This document shows positions 1 through 6,511 of a stretch of 15,977 nucleotides of DNA, one piece after another. The DNA is taken from contig DAIUEN010000012.1 of the NCBI GenBank assembly GCA_036845085.1, forward strand, positions 1-15,977. The letters run 5' to 3'. This DNA is from Candidatus Nanopusillus sp. Its GTDB lineage: Archaea; Nanobdellota; Nanobdellia; Nanobdellales; Nanobdellaceae. The notes beneath the pieces were generated by a model, which saw nothing but the letters and a program-made list of their open reading frames with translations, did no database searches and had not been told where the DNA came from. The first letter of the stretch is position 1; each line of letters opens with the position of its first letter. A program made the translations under genes and the position numbers.

Positions 1-138
1 AGCTATATCTATGAAGTAAGATATACTATCTAGAATATATACTAAGGTAATATTTCCTTTTAATTTTTCATAAAAAAATTGAGACACTTTATAATCAAAT
101 ATAAAAATATTATCGAAAATCTTCAACTCTCTATTCAT
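1..138 (-). CDS. N-terminal 46 codons of an ORF that runs off the left edge of the window; function unknown
   Basis: Not in the supplied track; from my own reverse-strand reading. ATG at 138-136, then MNRELKIFDNIFIFDYKVSQFFYEKLKGNITLVYILDSISYFIDIA with no stop before position 1. No recognisable motif. A TATA-like TTTATAAT at 163-170 lies about 25-32 nt upstream. Confidence 0.3.
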   Translation of the reverse strand, partial: MNRELKIFDNIFIFDYKVSQFFYEKLKGNITLVYILDSISYFIDIA

Positions 139-197
139 AAAATTTTTTATAGAATTAAGAAATTTATAATCGTTAATTCTAAATACCTTATATATAT

Positions 198-269
198 GGC
201 CCGGATAGCCTAGTGGTAGGGCGTTGGACTGTGGATCCAAAGGCCCGGGTTCGATTCCCGGTCCGGGCC
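198..269 (+). tRNA. tRNA-His (anticodon GUG) with genome-encoded G-1
   Basis: Hand-folded cloverleaf. G-1 at 198 pairs with discriminator C269. Acceptor stem is GCCCGGA (199-205) with TCCGGGC (262-268). D stem is GCCT/GGGC. Anticodon stem is TTGGA/TCCAA with loop CTGTGGA, anticodon GTG at 231-233. Variable loop is 4 nt. T arm is CCGGG-TTCGATT-CCCGG. No encoded CCA. GC-rich island in AT-rich DNA. Confidence 0.9.
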
Positions 270-279
270 CATCTATTAA

Positions 280-285
280 TTTTTT
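280..285 (+). terminator. Oligo-T run downstream of tRNA-His, a possible archaeal terminator
   Basis: TTTTTT at 280-285, 11 nt after the tRNA 3' end. Archaeal RNA polymerase terminates at oligo-T tracts. T runs are common by chance in DNA this AT-rich. Confidence 0.3.
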
Positions 286-370
286 AATAAACTACTGCCA
301 ATTTTATACCAGATCACTTATGGGATACAGATATAACATTTTTGTAATATAAATATAATATTTCTTATAT

Positions 371-453
371 GCCGCGGTGCCCGAGTGGTTAAGGGGGTGG
401 ATTGCTAATCCACTCTCCGCACGGAGGCGTGGGTTCGAATCCCACCCGCGGCG
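371..453 (+). tRNA. tRNA-Ser (anticodon GCU), class II with long variable arm
   Basis: Acceptor stem is GCCGCGG (371-377) with CCGCGGC (446-452); discriminator G453. Anticodon stem is GTGGA/TCCAC with loop TTGCTAA, anticodon GCT at 404-406. Variable arm is CTCC-GCAC-GGAG. T arm is GTGGG-TTCGAAT-CCCAC. No encoded CCA. Confidence 0.9.
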
Positions 454-522
454 GATCAATTTTAAATAGCTCGATACTGCGATGTGTTAATATTTAAAAA
501 TTTACTTATAAGAGTATCTTTA

Positions 523-1125
523 ATGGCTCATGGTTCTACTTACGTAGTAAAATATAGAAGGAGAAGAGAAAATAAAACAGATTATAGAAAAAGATTAAAA
601 TTATTAAAATCGAGTCTACCACGATTTGTTGTAAGGAGATCTTTAAACAACTTCGTAGGGCAAGTAATAATATATGAAAATGGTATAGACAAGACATTAA
701 TAACTATTCATTCTAAAAGATTAGAAAAAGAATTTGGATGGAAGGGACATAGGGGAAATCTTCCATCCGCATACTTAACAGGATTGTTATTAGGATTGGA
801 AGCAAAGAAAAAGAATATAAATAAGGGAATATTAGACATCGGTAGATATACTCCTTCTAAAGGAAACTCTCTATTTGCATTTTTGAAAGGATTATTAGAT
901 GCTGGGATAGAAATACCATATAATGAAGAAATACTACCATCTGAAGATAGAATAAAAGGAGAACATATAAAGAAATATGCGTTGATTTTAAAAGAAAAAG
1001 ATCCTGAAAAATATAAGAGACAATTTTCAAAATATCTAGAAAGAAGTCTACCTCCAGAAAAAATAACAGAACATTTTGAAATGGTAAAAAGTAAGATATT
1101 GTCTAAGTATGGACTGGAAAGATAA
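523..1125 (+). CDS. rpl18: 50S ribosomal protein uL18 (L18P/L5e family)
   Basis: N-terminus MAHGSTYVVKYRRRRENKTDYRKRLKLL matches the conserved archaeal L18 start (RRRREGKTDY-type motif). I prefer the ATG at 523 to the track's GTG at 484, because the extra 13 residues are not homologous to L18. Confidence 0.9.
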   Translation: MAHGSTYVVKYRRRRENKTDYRKRLKLLKSSLPRFVVRRSLNNFVGQVIIYENGIDKTLITIHSKRLEKEFGWKGHRGNLPSAYLTGLLLGLEAKKKNINKGILDIGRYTPSKGNSLFAFLKGLLDAGIEIPYNEEILPSEDRIKGEHIKKYALILKEKDPEKYKRQFSKYLERSLPPEKITEHFEMVKSKILSKYGLER

Positions 1126-1354
1126 TTTAGATCCTGTATTAAAAGATTTTTTGAAATCTTTATTATCTGAAGTAAAAAAATATAGAGAAATTTATATTAA
1201 AGCAGAAGATCCAGCTAACGCTCAGATATGGGTAGCTTTAGCGATACTATATAGAAAGCTATTATCTATAGAATCAAAAATAAATGAGATAGAAGAAATC
1301 TTAAACAATAAGGAAATAAGACAAAAAATAGAAGAATATTTAAAGAAATTATAA
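1109..1354 (+). CDS. Hypothetical small helical protein (81 aa)
   Basis: ORF overlaps the uL18 stop by 17 nt, which fits translational coupling. There is no competing ORF on the other strand. The sequence has an amphipathic, charged helical pattern (KINEIEEILNNKEIRQKIEEYLKKL). I recognise no family. Confidence 0.55.
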   Translation: MDWKDNLDPVLKDFLKSLLSEVKKYREIYIKAEDPANAQIWVALAILYRKLLSIESKINEIEEILNNKEIRQKIEEYLKKL

Positions 1355-1359
1355 TATAA

Positions 1360-1734
1360 TTAATATACAGCTGCTATTAATACGCCACCTATTTTCTCAG
1401 ATTTACATTCTATATTAGTCTTAATTCCTTTATTAGTAGATATTATCAATATTCCAAATCCTCTTGCCGGTAAATATCTTTTTTCATATTTCTCCAAATC
1501 TCTATAAGAGACAGGAAATCTTGGTTTTATTGCTTTCGCAAAATTAAAGTTTTCAGTAACTTTTGCAATAACTTTTTTGCCCTCAACTCTATAGTATTCA
1601 ATATATTGGTTTTCTTTCATTTTTTCCAACACATTTAATAACAATTTATTATATATTGGAAATTCTACTTCAAATTTTCCAACAGCAACACTATTAGACA
1701 AATGGGATAGAAAATCATTAATTATATCTACCAT
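1360..1734 (-). CDS. rps8: 30S ribosomal protein uS8
   Basis: MVDIINDFLSHLSNSVAVGK ... LPARGFGILIISTNKGIKTNIECKSEKIGGVLIAAVY matches the uS8 pattern (GIlivsTs.G.. and iGG.llayvy C-terminus). Start taken at the ATG at 1734, 1 nt after the uS14 stop (TAA at 1736-1738). The track's longer start at 1794 would overlap uS14. Confidence 0.9.
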   Translation of the reverse strand: MVDIINDFLSHLSNSVAVGKFEVEFPIYNKLLLNVLEKMKENQYIEYYRVEGKKVIAKVTENFNFAKAIKPRFPVSYRDLEKYEKRYLPARGFGILIISTNKGIKTNIECKSEKIGGVLIAAVY

Positions 1735-1735
1735 T

Positions 1736-2116
1736 TTATTCACCCAATACTTTAAACCCAAGAACATCAGCCCATTCTCTAAAACATCTACCACATATCT
1801 CTAAATTATATCTTCTGATAATCCTGTCATGGTTTCCACATATTATACACCTCCTAGATCCTTTTCCATATTTCCTATCTTTTAGCTTTACGCCATATTC
1901 TTCAAGTACTTTTAAAAGAGGTTTTCTCTCTTCTATTGCTTTTTTAGCCAATTCTTCTATATTCTTTATTTTTCCTTGTCTAATAAGTTCTTTTATTTGT
2001 TCTTTTACATATTTTGGGGCGTTATTTTTAAGTATTTTTAGAATTGTCCCTAATTTATGTCCTTGTACTTCTGTTAAATATACCCAACTATTATGTCTTG
2101 GATATAATATACCCAT
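1736..2116 (-). CDS. rps14: 30S ribosomal protein uS14 (zinc type) with an unusual N-terminal extension of about 70 aa
   Basis: The C-terminal 46 aa, RKYGKGSRRCIICGNHDRIIRRYNLEICGRCFREWADVLGFK, is the archaeal S14P/S29e zinc-ribbon core (CxxC...CxxC). It sits directly upstream of uS8, as in the canonical operon. The only in-frame ATG/GTG/TTG is at 2116. Confidence 0.85.
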   Translation of the reverse strand: MGILYPRHNSWVYLTEVQGHKLGTILKILKNNAPKYVKEQIKELIRQGKIKNIEELAKKAIEERKPLLKVLEEYGVKLKDRKYGKGSRRCIICGNHDRIIRRYNLEICGRCFREWADVLGFKVLGE

Positions 2117-2173
2117 TCTACCATTTATAATACATAATTTTTATTAAGCTATTGATATAATTATGTTTGTAGG

Positions 2174-3181
2174 TTGGAAGCATATATTGCTGGTATAGAT
2201 CCTGGAACAAATATGGCTATTGTTATAATAGATGAAAATGGAAAGATAGTTGATAAAATTTCGGGAAAAAATTTAACAAATTCTGAAATAATAGAATATA
2301 TTTCAAAACTACATAAAGTTGTTTTGCTAGCTACAGATAAGAAAGATATTCCCGAGAGAATTAAAGAGATATCTTCTAAATTAGGAATTGGTATAAATAA
2401 ATTAAAAAGAGATATAACATTAGAAGAAAAAAGCAAATTTTATAAAGACAATAACTTAAAAAATCTATTCAGCAGTGATCATGAGTTAGATGCATATATA
2501 GCAGCATATTTTGCATTAGCGCATAATAAGAAAATATTCGATAAAGCAAAAAACATATCGAATAATGAAGAAGAATATATAAAAATATTAAGACTAGCTT
2601 TTAGATCTAGAGGAATAGAACCAATTTCTGCTAAAAGAATATTAGAAAACAATATAAAAGAAACTAATAAGAGTAAAAGAACTAAGAGAATTAAAAAATT
2701 AAATAGCAGTGTAGATAATTATTACTTAAAGATTTTTGTTTTAAAAAAAGAAAAGAATATATTAAAACTAAAAAATAAATTAAAAGAAATTAATGAAAAA
2801 TATGTTGATCTCTTATTAAAATTTAATGAAATGTCTATTTATCTTTTAGATAGAATAAAGAATAACGATAATATAATACCAAAGCTTTCTTTTTTGGAAA
2901 TAAATAATAAAAAAAGTAGAAAAATTTTTGTAGATATTATAAATGAAAACACTATTTTAAAACATTTAAAGGAAGATACAATATTATATATACCAAAAGA
3001 TATTTATGAAAAGATAAATAAAAATATCTTGAAAGAATTTTATTTAGTATATAAATACAAAGACCTAAAGAATTTTGTAATTCCAGAAAGCTTTTCCTTC
3101 GAAAAAAACAATAAAGAAGAACAAAAAGAAGACTATATAATAGAAAAGATTAAAAAAATGATAAAAGATAGTATAGGATAA
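2174..3181 (+). CDS. DUF460/COG2433-like protein: predicted RNase-H-fold (RuvC/YqgF-like) nuclease domain plus coiled coil
   Basis: The N-terminus (M)EAYIAGIDPGTNMAIVIIDENGK resembles a RuvC/YqgF first strand with an acidic residue. ATD is near residue 55 and SDHELDAYIAAYFA near residues 101-114, resembling the last RuvC motif. A K/E/N-rich coiled-coil segment spans roughly residues 165-215. Start is TTG at 2174. The first ATG (2213) would delete the GIDPGT motif. Confidence 0.7.
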   Translation: MEAYIAGIDPGTNMAIVIIDENGKIVDKISGKNLTNSEIIEYISKLHKVVLLATDKKDIPERIKEISSKLGIGINKLKRDITLEEKSKFYKDNNLKNLFSSDHELDAYIAAYFALAHNKKIFDKAKNISNNEEEYIKILRLAFRSRGIEPISAKRILENNIKETNKSKRTKRIKKLNSSVDNYYLKIFVLKKEKNILKLKNKLKEINEKYVDLLLKFNEMSIYLLDRIKNNDNIIPKLSFLEINNKKSRKIFVDIINENTILKHLKEDTILYIPKDIYEKINKNILKEFYLVYKYKDLKNFVIPESFSFEKNNKEEQKEDYIIEKIKKMIKDSIG

Positions 3182-3184
3182 TTA

Positions 3185-3228
3185 AAAAGATCTTTATAAG
3201 TTTTTCGATAGAGATATTTCAAAGTGAA
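3185..3228. repeat. Left arm of 44-nt inverted repeat (candidate ORB element)
   Basis: AAAAGATCTTTATAAGTTTTTCGATAGAGATATTTCAAAGTGAA. Its reverse complement matches 3336-3379 at 38 of 44 positions by hand alignment. Confidence 0.8.
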
Positions 3229-3335
3229 TTAGAGAATAGGCTAAAAAATAACTAGATTTGTTTCGAATATTTTTAATTATTAGTTACTAGTAAATAGTAA
3301 TTCAAAAATTTCAGAAATATAAATTAAATAAAATT

Positions 3336-3379
3336 TTCACTTTGAAATACCTCTACCAAAAGATTTATAAAGGTCTTTT
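3336..3379. repeat. Right arm of 44-nt inverted repeat (candidate ORB element)
   Basis: TTCACTTTGAAATACCTCTACCAAAAGATTTATAAAGGTCTTTT. The inner end carries the dyad TTCA-CTT-TGAA. Confidence 0.8.
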
Positions 3380-3581
3380 ATGTTTTATGATTATCAAAAT
3401 TTATAAACAATATTATATACTATATTTTTATAGCAGATCTGGTGTAAAATCTTGCAAAAATTTCTGGAAGAACATCTAAAACAATTTTTTTTCAGAATTT
3501 TCTTACTAATTAAAGTAAAATCTTTTATTTATAAATCAAAGATTAGTTTATTTTTTAAACATATCTTTCAAATAGTTTATT

Positions 3582-4808
3582 ATGGTTGAAAATACAATAT
3601 TTAATTATTTTTCGTCTACTTTTTCTAAATATCTATCTAGAAACTCTATAATAAAAGATTATCGCTATTTGGATGAGAATTTTGTTCCATCAGACATAAA
3701 ACATAGAGATAGACAAAAAGAGATAGCTCTGTCGTCTATAGGAGACTTTATATCTAATAACAAAGTCACTAATCTCTTCCTATACGGCAGTACAGGAACT
3801 GGAAAGACTCTTCTCGCAAGATTTGTCAGTTTTGGTGTAAAAGGTTATGCATTAAAAAATAAACTAAAAATCAAAGTATCTTATATAAACTGTAGGACCA
3901 TATTATCTAACGAATCTGAGTACTATATATTGAAGAAAATATATGAAGATCTTACAAATATAAATATAAAAACGGGTATTAGTAAAGTAGATATCTTAGA
4001 TAATATAAAAAAATTCCTAAAGGAAAATCAGTATAAGCTAATATTAATATTAGATGAAGTAGATTTTCTATTTTCTAAAAAGAATATTGACATGTTATTA
4101 TATATTTTATTGAGAAACTATGATTTAGATATATACGATAAAGTTTTACTGATGTTTATATCAAATAACATAACTTTCATAGATGACTTAGATAGTAGAG
4201 TAAAATCTTCCTTATCTTCTGTATATAAATTGCTATTCCCTCCATATAATTATCCTGAACTAAAAGATATCTTACTAGAAAGGGCAAAATTAGCACTAAA
4301 AGAAAATTCGTATAATGAAGAAATAATAAATTATATTGCTGCAAGGGTTACAAAATCTTCTGGAGATGCTAGAGTAGCTATTAATGTATTAAAGTTAGCA
4401 GCTTCTATTGCTAGCAGTAAAAATAGAAGCTATATCTCTTTAGAAGATGTAGAAGAGGCTTTTAATAACTTAGAAATGGATATACTAGATTCTATAATAT
4501 ATTCTCTAAATAAGACACAAAAATTAATTGTTTTATCTATAATTTCTGAACAGCTAAAAGCACAAGATTATGTCTCTTTTTCAGAAATATATGAAAAATA
4601 TGTTAAAATTGCAGATTCTTTGGGCTATAAACCTTTAGACAAGAATACAATCTATAAAAATCTAAGGGTAATCGAGCTTATATTTGGAAATCTAATGGAT
4701 TTTAAAACAGTTTCTCTTGGAAAAGGCGGATATAAGATGTTAGTTAAAATATTAGTAGAAGATGAGAAGCTTATAAAAATGTCTGAGACTATTAGAAATA
4801 GTATATGA
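3582..4808 (+). CDS. cdc6: Orc1/Cdc6 replication initiator (AAA+ ATPase with C-terminal winged helix)
   Basis: Walker A is LYGSTGTGKT and Walker B is ILILDEVDFL. Sensor 1 is FISNN and sensor 2 is SGDARVAINVLKLAA. The C-terminal region resembles a winged helix. Confidence 0.93.
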   Translation: MVENTIFNYFSSTFSKYLSRNSIIKDYRYLDENFVPSDIKHRDRQKEIALSSIGDFISNNKVTNLFLYGSTGTGKTLLARFVSFGVKGYALKNKLKIKVSYINCRTILSNESEYYILKKIYEDLTNINIKTGISKVDILDNIKKFLKENQYKLILILDEVDFLFSKKNIDMLLYILLRNYDLDIYDKVLLMFISNNITFIDDLDSRVKSSLSSVYKLLFPPYNYPELKDILLERAKLALKENSYNEEIINYIAARVTKSSGDARVAINVLKLAASIASSKNRSYISLEDVEEAFNNLEMDILDSIIYSLNKTQKLIVLSIISEQLKAQDYVSFSEIYEKYVKIADSLGYKPLDKNTIYKNLRVIELIFGNLMDFKTVSLGKGGYKMLVKILVEDEKLIKMSETIRNSI

Positions 4809-6490
4809 TACAAGAAGAAATTCTCAAAACATTCGAAGAGGAAATTTCTAAGTATGATCTAATCCTAGCGGCAGATGCTATTCCAATAATAAAAAGTTTA
4901 GATAAAGAGAAAATAAATAATTTGATATTCTACATAAGAGATAAAATAAATGAAATAAAAGATAAAAATTCTGGTGTTATTGATAAGAGTTTTTTGTTAA
5001 ATTACTTGTCTAAAAATACAGAAAAAAATATTCCTAAAATAGAAAATACAAAAAGTAAAGAAAATAATAAAAAAACAATACTTTCTTTTTTAAATAAGCA
5101 AGAATCTAAACAAAATGCAGAAGTAAAAGTAGAGGTTATAATCAGAGATAATGTTAAAAAATTTGAGTCATATGAATTAGAAACTAGTGTCAATGTAGTA
5201 GAAAACTTAACTAAAAAAATAAATATATTAAAAAAGTATGATATAAGAAAATCAAAGGTAGATATTCTAACATGGGTCTCTTACTATAAGAATAGGTTGA
5301 ATAAAATTAAGAAAATGTTAGAAGAGCATAGAGAATTAAAACACATTTATCCATTGGACAAAATTCCAGAAAACGAAGAGGTAGGCATTGCTGGTATAGT
5401 ATATGATAAGAGATTTACGGATAAAGGTGTGATGTATATTATAGAAGATGGAAACAAAAAAGTAAAAGTTTTTGTAGGGAAAGATGATAATATAGATTCA
5501 AACTATAAGGAATATTACAAACATGTACCATTAGATGCTGTCATAGGATTTGTTGGTAGATATAATAAAGAAAAAAATCTCTTTATAGCAGAAAAAGTAA
5601 TATTTCCAGACATACCTCGTAGGAATATTAAATTAGGGAGAGATGATATTTATATATTATTTACAGGAGATTGGCAAATTGGTAGTAAATATACGATACA
5701 ACCGATAATAGACAAATTTATAAGATTTGTAAATGCAAAAACAAGTAACGAAACTCTAAATAATATTTCTAGAAAGATAGCTTATATTTCTATAGTAGGA
5801 GATGTGGTAGATGGTGTAGGTATATATCCAGAACAGGAAAAAGAGTTGATATTAAATACTTACGAAAAACAATATGATTTCTTTCAAAAAATCTTATTGA
5901 ATATACCAGAGTATATTGATGTATTAGTTATACCAGGAAATCATGATATTCCTAGATTAGCAGAACCCCAGCCAGAATTAGACTATAAAGTATTACCAGA
6001 CTTAAAGGGGTTAAATAATATATTTTTATTATCTAACCCTTCTGTAGTTGAAGTACATGAGAGTATAAAAATTTTAATGTACCATGGATATTCTTTAGAC
6101 TGGTTCGTATCCGAAATTCCAATATTAAGAGAAAAAGGAGGATATGAAAACCCAGGAGAACTAATGAAATTTCTATTAATGTTAAGACATTTAGCCCCAA
6201 CACATGGATCTACCCCTTATCTACCTTATATAAATGAGGATCCTTTACTAATATCAGAAATACCAGACATATTTCATACAGGACATATACATAGAGCATT
6301 TTATGGTGAGTACAGAGGTACAGAGCTGATAAATTCTTCAACATTTCAAGATATAACACCATATCAAATAGAATTAGGACATAAGCCCCAACCAGGCGTT
6401 GTATTTTTGAGAAACATAAAAAGTGGGGAAGTTTTAAGAGTTGATCTTATAAATGAAGAAGTAAGAATAGTAAGAGATAAGGTTTTATAA
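4805..6490 (+). CDS. DNA polymerase II (PolD) small subunit DP1
   Basis: Calcineurin-like phosphoesterase motifs are present: VGDVVDGVGIYP, IPGNHD, YHGYS and GHIH. An OB-fold-like region precedes them (VGIAGIVYDKR...). The ATGA overlap with the cdc6 stop matches the cdc6-DP1 linkage known from Pyrococcus. Confidence 0.92.
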   Translation: MIQEEILKTFEEEISKYDLILAADAIPIIKSLDKEKINNLIFYIRDKINEIKDKNSGVIDKSFLLNYLSKNTEKNIPKIENTKSKENNKKTILSFLNKQESKQNAEVKVEVIIRDNVKKFESYELETSVNVVENLTKKINILKKYDIRKSKVDILTWVSYYKNRLNKIKKMLEEHRELKHIYPLDKIPENEEVGIAGIVYDKRFTDKGVMYIIEDGNKKVKVFVGKDDNIDSNYKEYYKHVPLDAVIGFVGRYNKEKNLFIAEKVIFPDIPRRNIKLGRDDIYILFTGDWQIGSKYTIQPIIDKFIRFVNAKTSNETLNNISRKIAYISIVGDVVDGVGIYPEQEKELILNTYEKQYDFFQKILLNIPEYIDVLVIPGNHDIPRLAEPQPELDYKVLPDLKGLNNIFLLSNPSVVEVHESIKILMYHGYSLDWFVSEIPILREKGGYENPGELMKFLLMLRHLAPTHGSTPYLPYINEDPLLISEIPDIFHTGHIHRAFYGEYRGTELINSSTFQDITPYQIELGHKPQPGVVFLRNIKSGEVLRVDLINEEVRIVRDKVL

Positions 6491-6511
6491 CTTTTCTTAA
6501 AATATAAATCT

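Larger units (their letters stand above)
3182..3581. other. Predicted chromosomal replication origin (oriC) region
   Basis: This is the largest non-coding gap in the window (400 bp) and lies immediately upstream of orc1/cdc6. It holds inverted 44-nt repeats flanking a 107-bp spacer that is very AT-rich (about 17 G/C by hand count). A third partial repeat copy sits at 3561-3578. Confidence 0.6.

Noticed and set aside
484-522. GTG-initiated 13-codon extension of uL18 (track start 484)
   Set aside because: The extension (LIFKNLLIRVSL) has no counterpart in L18 proteins. The ATG at 523 gives the canonical MAHG..Y..K.RRRRE..TDY N-terminus.
1735-1794. Longer uS8 start at 1794 (track)
   Set aside because: It would overlap the uS14 3' end by 59 nt. 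The ATG at 1734 gives the conserved uS8 N-terminus (MVDIINDFLSHLSN) 1 nt after the uS14 stop.
2161-2436. 91-aa minus-strand ORF from the supplied track
   Set aside because: It lies entirely antisense to the 5' part of the DUF460-like gene. It is F/I/S/L-rich low-complexity sequence, typical of the complement of K/E/N-rich codons. It has no motif and no room for a promoter.
3284-3293. Perfect 10-bp palindrome TTACTAGTAA near the centre of the origin spacer
   Set aside because: It is real in the sequence, but a 10-bp AT-rich palindrome is not clearly beyond chance in this composition. I note it only as part of the oriC description.
5002-5193. 63-aa minus-strand ORF inside the PolD small-subunit gene
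   Set aside because: This is an antisense shadow ORF over a K/N/E-rich linker of DP1. Its composition is an artefact of the AT-rich complement.
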